A DNA stretch of 64,000 nt from Perkinsela sp. CCAP 1560/9. Its lineage: Eukaryota > Protista > Euglenozoa: Kinetoplastea. Below the pieces are notes generated by a model, which was not told the origin of the DNA, searched no databases, and saw only the letters and a list, made by a program, of their open reading frames with translations. The translations under genes were made by a program, and so were the position numbers. Location: the NCBI GenBank assembly GCA_965644495.1, contig CBFFSA010000012.1, forward strand, positions 62,001 to 126,000, in the 5' to 3' direction. Shown here piece by piece: positions 21,065 to 33,513 of this stretch. How positions within the stretch are numbered: position 1 is the first letter of the stretch; every line of letters starts with the position of its first letter.

Positions 21065-23217
21065 GGGTGCCCCCCCCTACCCGGGGGTGATCCCCGCGCG
21101 CATGCGCAGGACGGGTCCGCCAAGTTCGGATTTTTTCGGAATTTTTTTTTTGAAAAAAAATTCAACTGGGCGAAAAAAATGGCTAAAAAAATATTTTTTC
21201 CAAAATCGTTTCCCCTATTGTATTTTTATAGTTTGAGACCTATACAAGCAGTATAGGCTTTCTCCGCAGTTGTTTTCGCAGGCTAGCTCTTCTTCGAGCC
21301 GTGGTATGCCCGCGAAATTGGCCCATTTTTGACTAAAAGGGATGAAAAAGTATTTTTCACCCCTTTCATTTTTGGACCCCAAGCGGCCCTTTTGGGTCGA
21401 AAAAATGGTGTGGTTGGAGTCGTATTCTCTACCCAATACGGTTGGTAGGCTTTCAGTCCTGCCTACGAGTGATTTCCCGCACGCAAATGTCGGATTTAGT
21501 GCTCTGAGAGCTAAAATACGCAAAAATGGCCTCATTTTTACCCAAAAATCGGCGATTTTTGGCTATAATCATTCTGTTTTCTTCAGCTTTCCAGACCAAA
21601 TTTTCTTTTTTAGGCTCTTCGTTAAACGCGGTGGTAGTTTTCGACGCGAAGATCGCAGCATGAGTGACTTAAGAATGGCTATAAAAAGATTCCAAAATCG
21701 TTTCCCCTATTGTATTTGTATAGTTTGGGACCTATACTAGCCTTCTCCGCAGTTGTTTTCGCAAGATATCTCTTCTTGAGGCCGTGGTATGCCCTCGAAA
21801 ATGGTCTATTTTTGACTAAAAAAGGTGAAAAAGTATGTTTCAGACCCCAAGGGCCCTTTTTGTGTCAAAAGAATCATCGGAAGTCAGCTGTTTCATGCAT
21901 AACCTGTATTTCCTGTAACCCGTTGTGCGCTTTCCACATTGGCACGCATGGCACTCAGCGTTTCCTTGAATGCGCGGGATATCTCTTCAATATTTTTCGG
22001 AGCGGTACTTGCGGGACATACAGTGTACTTGCGCAGTACTTGCGGGACAGTATGTTGGCGGTGACGGGCACGTTTTTGTAATTACAGCGCAGGCATGTCT
22101 CCACATCCACAGTGGTAGATACTGCGTCTTCTGGTTCTTGATACACGAGACAACGCCTAGGAGCCAACACCGAAACGGTTTTTTTTCACATTCCGTACAG
22201 TAAAGCTGCGGAAGAGAATCTTGCCCAGACGTACACCCCTGTCCAGCTTCTGTGATAGAAAAGAAAGGTTATGATATTGGATATTGAATACGTATCTAGC
22301 GTCACTTTTGCGTTATCTAAGCATGCATCAATATATCTTTTAAAAACATAAAAAAAAACCCAAAAATATAAAAAAGCGTCTCTCTGCTTATAAGGACCCC
22401 GAGGAAATGATTGAGCTTTGGGGACGGGCCACAGTTGTGTGGGACGCACTTCCCAGTGCCCTATGCGCGTCCACAGCGAGCAGCATACCTCGCCGTATGA
22501 GAGCGGTGATTGCTGCGAGAGGGGGGCATACAAAGTATTAGTTTTACCTTGTTTTTACCGTTTATTAATCAAGAAATAATCCATCTTTTTATCAAAAAAT
22601 CTTCACTCGAAAAAAGTGTAAAAAATGTCTCAATAATATTTTTCACTCAAGGGTGTTACAGGTCCTCGTACACCCCCGTTCCCCTGTTTTGCCCGGTATT
22701 ATGTGATAAAAAAAGTTTCTGTTTGGGTCTAAAGAGTGGTTTTTCGGCATAATTAGGTGATGCCCTACCAGGGAAAAATATGCCTATAGTCAAACCGCAT
22801 GCGATAAACATGGGAGGAAGGGCAAAAATCTGAGAATTTGCTCATCTGGGCAGTGAAAAAAATCCTGTGAAACTTTTCAAAAATTCTCATCTTCAAGTAA
22901 AATAACTCGGTTTAATAGGAAAGGAAGATCCGAGGAGTCTGCAGGCCATCCTGGGAGAGTGTGAGAGCCTACTCTTTGTTTTAGGTGGAGGAGATTTCAT
23001 CATCAATGCTCGTGTCTTGTCAAAGACGTGTCATCTCTGAAAGAAGAACATCGAAAAGAAAAAGAAAAATTACTTTTTTTTTTAAATTTTGTCAAAGGCA
23101 GACGCGGTTTTCACAGAGATATAAATACTTAAACATGTTCCTCTGAACTAGAACTTGCAGAAAGTTGCATAATTTCTATCGAAATACTAAAGTGGATGAA
23201 ATATTCACTGTAGTATT

Positions 23218-24483
23218 TCAGTAAGGGATCTTCTTTCCTCCATACAAAATAACCATTTCCATTCGTTTTTTAAAAGTACGGTGCAGTTTATAACATTCCT
23301 TCCGACAAGCAGGAGACTTCAAGTATCGATCGCACACTTCCTTTATTTCACTCACGGTATTTGGTCTATGTTTATTCTTGTACAGCTTGAGAATACTCCA
23401 GAAATTTTCTATTGGGTTTAGATTCGGGGAGTCCGCTGGCCATCTTGGGAGAGTCTGAGCACTCTTCACCTCTTTACAAAGCCGCAGAGCCTCAACCCGG
23501 GGATGAGATTTCCACCAGGCGATTGTTAGTATGGCACTTGTGCCCAGGCGCGTTATCGTCCATAAAAATTTTGTTTCCTATCTTTTCCCACGGAAGATAC
23601 GTCTTTTGCAAAAAGCAACTTCGATAATACAATGTTCCGAGCCCTTCTTTTGGAGGAATTTCTTCTTGACCCCCGTTTCGAGTATATTCGTCGTAAAAAG
23701 ATTTGAATTCACACCAGTGATGGAGGAAATTCCCGTCGACATCCATAGCGCCTCATAACATTATTTGAGGTGGATGGTCCGTGCGGGATTTGGATACTGG
23801 GGAATCCGGGTGTTGCCAGGTTTTTCTGGATGAGTCACCGGCCTGTATCATAACTTCGTCAGAAAAAATTAGGCGCGAAAAAAAAAATTGGTCTCGATTG
23901 TCCTGTTCTTGCAGCATTGCTTGTGCAAAGCGAACTCGGGCTTCCATCTTTGATACACTCAGACAAAGAGTATGAACTTTGGGTCCGTAGTGATACTTAT
24001 GGTGCAATAATAATTGGCGTACCTTCTTGCGAGAAGGGACGATCTTGAAGTTTGTCAGCTTCACGTACGCGCATTGAATATCTGTAATTGTACGGTATGA
24101 GCCGTACATAGAAATTGCTTGCGGCAAAAGGTCAGTAGCCGCATCGTAGTGTTCCCATTTCATAATGGAATTTCATCCTGCTCCTCTCCGGTGGAAACTT
24201 TGACAGGAGAATTCCAGAGCCGCCGACATGTCGTGCGCTCCAGAGAAAACATGTAGCCCAACTCCCAACGTTGCACTCGTCCCGTTGATTGAATCTTTTT
24301 GAAGGCAAACGTGTCTTCCTCATTGAGCGCCCCTTTTCCGTGGACTAGGATTGGTAGAGAATCGGTATCTCGCGGTTTTCTTCCACGCTTGCGCTTGGAA
24401 CTGAAACGCCCGCGCCGTATAACTGAATCCCCTTCATCAGAAGAAGGTACTTCTTCAACGGGTCGTTGCTGAAGGTAGCTCAA
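23218..24483 (-). pseudogene. Tc1/IS630-like transposase pseudogene (in-frame stop and frameshifts)
   Basis: LIFSDE, IML*GA, FMDDNAPGH and WPADSPNLNPIENFW across four ORF pieces. TIRs not identified. Confidence 0.85.
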
Positions 24484-26206
24484 GATATTTAGGAGTTTGA
24501 TTTCTTTAGCGGCTCTTTTCTCGCTTTCCAGGGTAACTCCTTGAGATAACTCCTAAAGATAGAAGTATACATAAATCGTGGTAAAATAACCTTAAAAAAC
24601 AAAAAAAGAACACAATTCGTTACTGAAAAACGCGGAAAAAACGAACCTTTTTTGCTTAGCCACCACAGCTGAAACAAGGGGTGAAAAACGCATTTTTTAC
24701 ATGCTCTGGCGAATCATCTACGTACTTTGCTGAAAAAATTATTCGAAAAGATCATCTGGTGCGCTCAATCAATGGTCAGTGGCCTCATGGTCAGTGTGAT
24801 GGTACATACCCCTACATAACCCCCATATACTATGACAACGATTCGTCTTTCATTTCAAAAATAGTCACTCAACAAAATATTTTTTCATAACAATTGAGAC
24901 ATTTTTTAACGTCACTGTACTTAGAACGGTGTTCCGTGTTCCCGGAACAGTGTTCCGTGTTCCAAGGAATCACAACGTATGAAGAGTAGCTAATTGTGTC
25001 TGTTTATTTTCTTTGAATGTACGTGCCTTACGGCGATTTCGCAGTAAACTACTACGTTTTTTCGTTTGGTTTTTTTGTCTATGTGACTCACTCTGCTGCT
25101 TCATTTTGGATTTCATTTCACTCCTGGTTATTTTTTCATAAGTTTCCGCACCCTTTTTCCGTTTTCTAGAGCATTTTATGATTTTTGTCTCACCTTTCTC
25201 CTCTAAAATCTTTTTCACTTCCTCCCCATACTCATCAATACTCGCCCCGTCACCCCCGTCATGCTTGAGAAAAGCACACGAGCAAGACTCTCGCGACTTC
25301 CATTCCTGTACTATTGGCGATGTAGAAGGCAATATTGCTACCGAATCGTTGTAGAGGCTTCTGTTGCCAACTTCCCATTACACACATTCTGCATTCCGCA
25401 TCAAACCGAATGCAGACTTAACAAAGTCATTTTTATGTTGATTATAGTGTAATAATTTGTGGTGATCAATTGAGGCGAAAAACCTTTCTACACGGTTTCT
25501 GATACGGTGAGACTTCATATCAAAAAAGCCTAATGCTTCCACGAGAATCGTGTAGTCCAATGGAGCTTCGCACAATACCCGGGAAACACTACTGATAGTC
25601 GGATTTTCCAATAACAACTTTCGTTTTGTCACCCATTCCACACAGAGCGTCGTTACCGCCTCTGCCAAACGATCCATAATTTCTTTTGGGGGGAGGGAAG
25701 TAAACTGCTCTAGTGGGACCATAAGGGAAATCGTACACGGTCGCTTCAGCACACGTTTAATACCGTACACAACCCACTTACGCAGGCGTTCATACAGCTC
25801 TGGTGTTGGATCCACGTAAGGATCACCCGATTCATCAGGCGGAGGTAATTCCATGGAAGGCAAACAAATACGACAAAAAGAATTTATAGTGAGTAAAATG
25901 TCGGGGATTATTGATCGTTAGGCGCTTTGTTAAAATTTTTGAAGGGCATTCCAAATACTAAATTTTTTTACTTGTATTTCATCAGCTCATCTTCTGAGGC
26001 CGAAATAATAGCCATTCGTGCTTTCAATTTCCCATTTTTATCGTTCGTGTGTTGTCCATGCAGTATCGATACGCTACCGAACTCTATACAAGTAAGTGTG
26101 TCACACCTTGGGTAATATTTTCTTCAGGAATTTTATTGATGAGATCACACATAGTAGTACAAAGAAATAGGGGATTGTGTAGGACTTCATTCAATCGTAA
26201 TAGAAA

Positions 26207-27798
26207 ATGTCGGATGATCAACTGACTCACGTTAATAAATGTAGCTCTGCTCGAGGAAAGATTCGTGGTGCCTGTTTCCCTCCAGAAATCGAACTTGCAC
26301 TATTTACAAAATATCTTAAAAATACGGATTTCACGTGGAATTCTCATGTTCCTGCCTGTAAGTGGTCTGGAATTCGTTGCACCGACCTTACCATGTCTGA
26401 TGCCGTTACAGACCTTGACTGGGGATTCCGTAACCTTCAAGGAACTCCACAATGGGGACACATACCTTCGTCTGTACGCCGAATAAATTTTCTTTTTTAG
26501 GCTCTTCGTTAAACGCGGTGGTTGTTTTCAACTTAGAAGTCACTCATGCTGCGCGCTTCGCGTTGAAAACTGCCGCCGCGTTTAACGAAGAGCCCAAAAA
26601 AGAAAATCTAGCCTGGAAAACGGAAAGATTATAGCCAAAAATAGCCGAATTTCGGGTAAAAATGGGGTGATTTTCGCGTATTTTTCCTCTCAGAGCACTA
26701 AATCCGACATTTGCGCGTGGGAAATCACTCGTAGGCATGAATGAAAGCCTACCGAACGTATTGGGTAGAGAATACGACTCCAACCATACCATTCTTTCGA
26801 CACAAAAATGCCCCTTTAGGTCCGAAAAATACTTTTTCACCTTTTTTAGTCAAAATTGGGTCATTTTGAGGGGCGCACCACATTTCGAAGAAGTGATACC
26901 TTGCGAAAACAACTGCGTAGAAAGCTAGTGTAGGTCCCAAACTATCAAAATACAATAGGGGAAACGATTTTGGAAAAATATTTTTTTTGTCATTTTTTTC
27001 ACCAAGTTGAATTTTTTTTCAAATTTTTTTTCCGAAAAAATCCGAACTTGGCGGACCCGTCCTGCGGATACGCGGGGGGGTCACCCCCGGGTAGGGGGGT
27101 GGAAAATGCGCGCCAAGACCCTGGCTACCCTTCCTGCGGTTTTTTTTCGAAAACTAATTTTTTCGAAAAAATTTGCTCGACCATGCCCCCCCCCCGTGGA
27201 CCCCCCCCATGGACCCCCCATTTTTTTCAATTTTTTTTTTCAGTTTTGGACCACCGGAGCCCCCTTTTATATTTTTTTCTTCTATTATATTACTGTGTTC
27301 CCCTTTATATTTTCACTGTTTTTGTTCACTTTTTTTTCAATAATCGAGTGTAGAGCGGTAGTTTTACAACCACCGCAATGGTACACTAGATCTAGAGAAT
27401 ATGCCGCCTGATATGAGTGATGCAAGTTTTGGTTCAAACTTTTTTTGGTGGCACACTCGATCTTAGTACGTTACCCGCGGATCTTTTGCAATTTCACGCA
27501 TATAAAAACTCCTTTGTGGGTTCTCTAAATCTTACTACATTACCACAATCACTGCAATATCTGGACCTCAGCGCTAACCTCTTTTCGATTTGAGTCGTCT
27601 TCCCCATGGTTTATTAGTTCTTGATCTGGCATCAAATCGCCTGGAGAAGGTAACAGGGTTAGATTTACTGCCTTCCACCTTGGAAGAGCTGAACCTTGCG
27701 AAGAACCTTGAGCTTTGTGGAGAGTACAATAAAGCCTCGTTACCTGTGTCTCTTGATTTTGAAATCCTAGAGGCAAACCTAGCTGGTGTAGGGGCATA
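26207..27798 (+). pseudogene. Disrupted duplicate of the LRR gene at 28232-29032
   Basis: Near-identical to 28232-29032, interrupted by a family A copy and carrying small indels and stops. Confidence 0.9.
26489..27378 (-). mobile_element. Repeat family A, full copy in reverse orientation
   Basis: Reverse complement of 62853-63768; both junctions can be defined against the intact LRR paralogue. Confidence 0.9.
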
Positions 27799-28231
27799 GT
27801 TTAGGTCTACAAGTACAAACGACGGAAACCGATTTGTGAACACAAAATTATTTGGACAAGCATGCGGTCTTTGTGATACTCTTCTCCATTACACTTATTT
27901 TCTTCAGAGCAATATTTATAGAATTTTAGAGGCGAGAGGCTGTGGATGTGGATGTGATCATTATGAATGACAGGAGGAGTACTACTGGTATCGTAAGTCA
28001 TTTTAGTAATGGCATTTTTATATATTTTCGTATCCACAATTTGATTCACATTAAAAACGTACAAAACGTTTGTGTGTTGTCCATACAGTATCGATACGCT
28101 ACCGAACTCTATACAAGTAAGTGTGTCACACCTTGGGTAATATTTTCTTCAGGAATTTTATTGATGAGATCACACATAGTAGTACAAAGAAATAGGGGAT
28201 TGTGTAGGACTTCATTCAATCGTAATAGAAA

Positions 28232-29032
28232 ATGTCGGATGATCAACTGACTCACGTTAATAAATGTAGCTCTGCTCGAGGAAAGATTCGTGGTGCCTGT
28301 TTCCCTCCAGAAGTCGAACTTGCACTATTTACAAAATATCTTAAAAATACGGATTTCACGTGGAATTCTCATGTTCCTGCCTGTAAGTGGTCTGGAATTC
28401 GTTGCACCGACCTTACCATGTCTGATGCTGTTACACACCTTGACTGGGGATTCCGTAACCTTCAAGGAACTCCACAATGGGGACACATACCTTCGTCTGT
28501 ACGCCTAATAAATGTCTTTGTTAATGAGCTAACGGGAGTGGTGCCACTCAGCCTTCTACCTCGTGGACTTGACGAATTGGATTTGGGAGGCAACATATTC
28601 AGTGGTACACTAGATCTAGAGAATATGCCACCTGATGTGAGTGATGCGAGTTTTGGTTCAAACTTGTTTAATGGCACACTCGAGCTGGGTACGCTACCCG
28701 CGGATCTTTTGCAATTTCGCGCATACAAAAATTCCTTTGTAGGGTCTCTAAATCTTACTACATTACCACAATCACTGGAGCATCTGGACCTCAGCGCTAA
28801 CCTATTTTCAGGTGGTATCGATTTGAGTCGTCTTCCCCATGGTTTATTAGTTCTTGATCTGGCATCAAATCGCCTGGAGAAGGTAACAGGGTTAGATTTA
28901 CTGCCTTCCACCTTGGAAGAGTTGAACCTTGCGAAGAACCTTGAGCTTTGTGGAGAGTACAATAAAGCCTCGTTACCTGTGTCTCTTGATTTTGAAATCC
29001 TAGAGACAAACCTAGTTGGTGTAGGGGCATAG
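28232..29032 (+). CDS. LRR protein
   Basis: CKWSGIRC cap, about 7 LRRs. Confidence 0.88.
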   Translation: MSDDQLTHVNKCSSARGKIRGACFPPEVELALFTKYLKNTDFTWNSHVPACKWSGIRCTDLTMSDAVTHLDWGFRNLQGTPQWGHIPSSVRLINVFVNELTGVVPLSLLPRGLDELDLGGNIFSGTLDLENMPPDVSDASFGSNLFNGTLELGTLPADLLQFRAYKNSFVGSLNLTTLPQSLEHLDLSANLFSGGIDLSRLPHGLLVLDLASNRLEKVTGLDLLPSTLEELNLAKNLELCGEYNKASLPVSLDFEILETNLVGVGA

Positions 29033-30064
29033 TTTAGGTCTACAAGTACAAACGACGGAAACCAATTTGTGAACACAAAATTATTTGGACAAGCATGCGG
29101 TCTTTGTGACACTCTTCTCCGTTAAAAGGACCCAGAAGTGCGCATTTTTATCTTTTTCTTAAATTTCCCCATTTTATAAAACATTTCACTCTAAAGTAAC
29201 CTCTACATATCTGCAGTACACTTGCACGTCCATCAAGAGTCTACGTAGAGGATGCCCGCAGTGCTCTCCACGTTTTAATTTCCCGTTGACAACCTCACGG
29301 CTAAACTTTAAGCCAGCGTTGCGGCTTTGTCTTCACGTCCAAGCATGTTTGTGCCACGAGTGTGTACTTTTTATGAACCCATTCATGAACTCAACTGTCT
29401 GCATATGGACTTCCGTCTCTCAATCAATCCAATGACGTCGATGATTTACGACTCCGTGACGCAAATCATCACCCAACGCAGCACTTCCTCACCAACGATC
29501 CGTTCAAAGGACGGTCCTAGGGCCCACTGCCAAGTCTAACACTTCGGGATTAGTGGAGCACTGCGCGACGATCAGCGAGAGAGTTCGACCTTATTATAGC
29601 GATTGGTCTTCACGACAACATTTACCCATTGCGAACCATCGGCCCGTAGTCGACGTACACGATTATTTTCGCCCCGCTTAGCCTTCGAGAAGCAAATCTC
29701 TTCTGCATAAATGCTCACGGTTCCCTCAGCCTCGCTACGCCGCATGTCATGGGATAAGGATTAATTCTAACATGTTTGCCAGCCGAGTGATCGCTTTTGC
29801 CCCAAGTCCACTCTCCGTTGAGATCTGTAACCGGCTATTTCCAGATGTGATGCCGTATAAGACTTTAAAAACCTGGTTTGCGGTGCGCCCATATGTGGTC
29901 GTCAGAAGAGGTTCCAAAAAATAGTTTTGCCGCAACACTTTCTACGATCGAAGCGTAACCAATCTTGGGTAAAGTGAAAGAGAATTCGTCTTTTCCAAAA
30001 TATTATTAAATTTTTCAAAATAATTATACCAAAAAGGTCATTATTATGCTTCTATCTTAGAAGC

Positions 30065-30320
30065 GCTCGAGGGATGGAATTTCACCCCTTGGCCTTCACC
30101 ACGTACGGGATCCCGGGCCCAGAGACCTTGAACTTCCTAACCAAGGTGGTCCGGGCCCACACATCCGACAAGAATGGATGTATGTCCCACTTCATGGCCA
30201 TCGGGGTGGCCGTCCAGAGAGGGAACGCCCAGATTGTACAGGCGGCGGTACAAGACTGATACCGCTGCGGCATATGAGGTTAGCTGGGCGAGGGGGTTTA
30301 GGGAGGGAACCAAAAAAAAT
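30065..30320 (+). mobile_element. 5'-truncated CRE/SLACS-like retrotransposon fragment (end of the RLE domain plus a short A tail)
   Basis: FHPLAFTTYG...IGVAVQRGNA is the typical C-terminus of CRE-clade ORFs; followed by a short GC-rich UTR and an A run. Confidence 0.65.
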
Positions 30321-30814
30321 AGTAAATTTTTTTTTACATCTTTCTTCACTCCCTCTTTACACTTCTTCGTTAAATATGAACAGAGTCATACATGAATGAA
30401 GAGTCACACACAAATGAAGGACACTGAGCTGCTCCAGCTGGCCGCTCGCTCCCTCATAGAGTTGTGCCCCCTCTGGGAAGCTGCCACCCCCTTTTCAAGG
30501 GTGACACGCTAGGCCCTTCACAGACGGTTGGGGTGCGAGATCCGAGCTCCTCTATCAGTTTCCGCGGTTAAAGTAAAGCAAAATTCGCCTTTTTAAAAAG
30601 ATTAAAAAAAAAATTGCTTTACACCCTATCTAGAAATCTACCCTTGCATTTCTTAGTACAGTGCCACACACTATCCTCTAATTCCATTTCTTTTGGTGAT
30701 GAGTGTGTCCTTTTTCCACAGCAAACCCTTCTCGTGACAAGCCCGTGGCTTTGAAGCCACTGCTCGCACTATGCTTCCGTCCGGCGTGATATACGGCTGA
30801 GGGTGAACTTTCTT

Positions 30815-30980
30815 CGACAAGCGAACCCCCGACACCCCTGGCATACCATAGAAAATAACGGAAAAGGGGTATACAATAGTCATATACAATATTATGTACG
30901 TAGATAATGTCCTTTTGTCGAAAGGAAAAATTTCAAGCTAAAAAGTCATAAGAAAAGCGAATTTTCCTTTACTTTCACCG
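30815..30980. repeat. Segment homologous (inverted) to 50652-50803
   Basis: CCCCTGGCATACCAT.GAAAATAACGGAAAA...AAGCTAAAAAGTCATAA...CCTTTACTTTCACC against its reverse complement. Confidence 0.8.
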
Positions 30981-32026
30981 TTTCCGCTTGTCCAAGGCGG
31001 CGCCGACGGGTTTAACGTGGGGTACGGGATCTCCCTGGTTCCCGGCGGGAGGCTCCGGGTCGATCCTCCGGGCCCGTTCGGTGGGTCTGGGCCCTTACTC
31101 GGCCGTACTGGGTGTGGATTCTGGGCCGCCAGGGAAACTGGCGCACCCGCAACTGGAACACATGGCCTTTGGATTCATAGTCGGGTGCGTTAACGACTGA
31201 GTCGCCTCCCCATGTGTGACAGAGTCACACGATGACTTTTCGGTCACACGAGAATGGCCCTTCAATTTGTTTTCCCATACCGCACGACCTTTGGAATGTA
31301 ATAAGTTTGCCGATTGTAATACAATTTGCATTCCTTTGAGGAACTGATTCGCATACAGAAATAGAGGTAGAGAAGTGCTACCTCGCATTCTCTGAGCAAA
31401 TCATCTTTAAAGCACTGGGCGTACTGTTGAAAGTCTTCAGGTTCCGAATCAGTAGGAGCTGCATCGGGTATGCTTGAAGAACTTCCGACAGGAGATTCCA
31501 TCCTTTTCACTTTTGCACTACGGACGATTGTCTCTGCTTCGACAAGTTCTTGTCGCAGTTGGGAGCGCAAGTTGCGATGAATAAAAGAGGCTGAGCTGAA
31601 GATACGCTAGCGGGGCGCTTCAGAAGTGACGGAGCGTCCTACTATCTTTCGTCCCGCTCGAGTCATACATGAAAATTTGTCATTGACAACAAAATCGTTC
31701 CAAAAACAATAAGCAATAAAAACAATAAGCAATAAACATCCGCGAGGATATTGCAAAATGAGATTGTTCATGGTAGGCTCACCAGGAATTGAAACAAGTC
31801 CTTTCGTCGCCATCCAATTAAAATCTTCATCTTGTAAGATCGCATTAAAAATACCATGCCTGCATTTCCATCTCTTTGCAGTTGTAAGTTTGGACCAGTA
31901 GTGAAACCTTTCACTGTTTGTTCGGAGAGCCACTTTTTATTTCTTGTTTCGCTTTGCCATTCATCAAAAGAAAGCCTATGCGAATTTGTCAAATGTGAGA
32001 GAGGAGCGTCATACGACGACTGTATA

Positions 32027-32143
32027 CAGGGGGGGGGGAGTTATGTCTATAAAAATCGAGGCAACAAAAGTTGTGTCAACGAAAGTCGCGTTAATCCCAG
32101 AAATTAACACAACTTTTGTTGATACAACTTAATTTCCCCCCTG
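32027..32143. mobile_element. Tiny MITE (CAGGGGGG...CCCCCCTG)
   Basis: Terminal inverted repeats plus an internal CAACAAAAGTTGTGT inverted pair; TA on the left flank. Confidence 0.55.
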
Positions 32144-32810
32144 CACTCTTCTCACATAAGAAAACCTTTCATGACTCCTCGGGGCAAACTTGGCACTCAA
32201 ATGTTTTCCTGCCCAGCAACAGGTGCAAAATGTGAAGATACGAAAGCAGCTCGGGACTCATCATTGAATCTGTTGTTTGCGCTTTGACCTGAACATGTTG
32301 GTTGGAATCAGGGGTTAGAATTCCATATTTAGCAAATAGCTTTTAAGCTTTTTTTGCTTGCAAATAGGTTGTTTCCCATTTTGGGCTAGTTGGTGTGAAA
32401 AGTGAGGTTTGAAGCCGCCCCTTTCCAAGAGGGGTCCTCCTCACCACCTTCCATCCTCATCCAAGATGGGTCCTATGGGTAGCACTGGGTAAAATTGGGT
32501 GGCAGTCGGTAACTGCAGGCACTCCATTGTTGACGCCTAACGCTACTCTCAAAACATTCTATGAACCTCGCAGGAAATAGGTCTGAGCACCGTCATGATG
32601 GGAGTATTCACTGCCTCTCAACTCTAGCGGCACAGTTGTTCCTCCAATGATTTCATCAGCATAGGAACGTAACTCAGACAAATATTGATTCGCGACAACA
32701 TTTGAACTGGCATCGACGGTGAACCTGTCCTACTCCCCCCGAACTGCTCAGCGAAACAATGTAGTCAATAATTCAAAGCAATCGCCCACAGGTAAGACAG
32801 ATTCACATAT

Positions 32811-33086
32811 CGTAACCCCCCCAGTAATAGAATCGATCTTGGGTCAAAATGGCCAAATCCTTGTTACTGGGGGGAGTATGCTTTTTGGGTGAAAAAGGAC
32901 CTTTTTTGTTCATGAGCGTTGATTTTCCGCCCATCCAACCACGCAACCACGCCATTCGCTCCCCGGCAACCTCCCTCACCCCGCCCAGCCACCCTCACCC
33001 GCCCAAACACCCCCCCTCCAACGACCTTGTTGCGAATCCTTGAAGCCGAAAAAGGGTCAAAGCCTTGTTACTGGGGGGGTCTACGG
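32811..33086. mobile_element. MITE with CGTA.CCCCCCCAGTAA-type TIRs
   Basis: Left CGTAACCCCCCCAGTAA, right TTACTGGGGGGGTCTACGG-TA. Confidence 0.55.
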
Positions 33087-33513
33087 TAGTACCTCAAACC
33101 GCGCCCACCTAATGCCTCTACCAAGATTTCGCACAGGGAATGGGACGTCATTTTTTCTTTTTTGGTGCACTGGATGTACAAAAATGTTAGTGCGTTGGAT
33201 AAGAAAAAGTGGGGTTTCATTTGTGCACGGGATAAGATAATCCAGAGCTACATACCCTCGCTATGTTAGGAAACACGGTGGTAAGCAAAATATTTCCAAA
33301 AATACAAGAAAAATGCAAGGCCAGTAGGGGGTACGTATCGTTGAATACCATTGTATCTTCGCAGCATCTGTGTAGTAGCAAAGAATAATACAGTAGCACA
33401 GAATAATACAGCAGAATAGTAAATACAGTTTACTGTTCACTATTTATACAACAGCACAGAATATTCAACTAATTAGTGCTTAAAATTTTATTGTCCATCT
33501 TACCCATTCTCCC

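Larger units (their letters stand above)
18546..21069 (-). mobile_element. IS30-like transposon with 23-bp TIRs CAC(T/C)CGCACCCTTATCTGTCATA
   Basis: Inverted ends at 18546 and 21069; inserted in a C-run of family A, whose empty site is visible at about 63155; encloses an IS30 transposase. Confidence 0.85.
18282..21680 (+). mobile_element. Repeat family A copy interrupted by the IS30-like element (a partial second copy follows to about 21870)
   Basis: 18282-18545 and 21070-21680 are collinear with the uninterrupted copy at 62853-63768. Confidence 0.85.

Noticed and set aside
23753-23755. TGA read as Trp (alternative genetic code)
   Set aside because: It occurs in a transposase that also has frameshifts, and host genes use TGG for Trp and TGA as stop.
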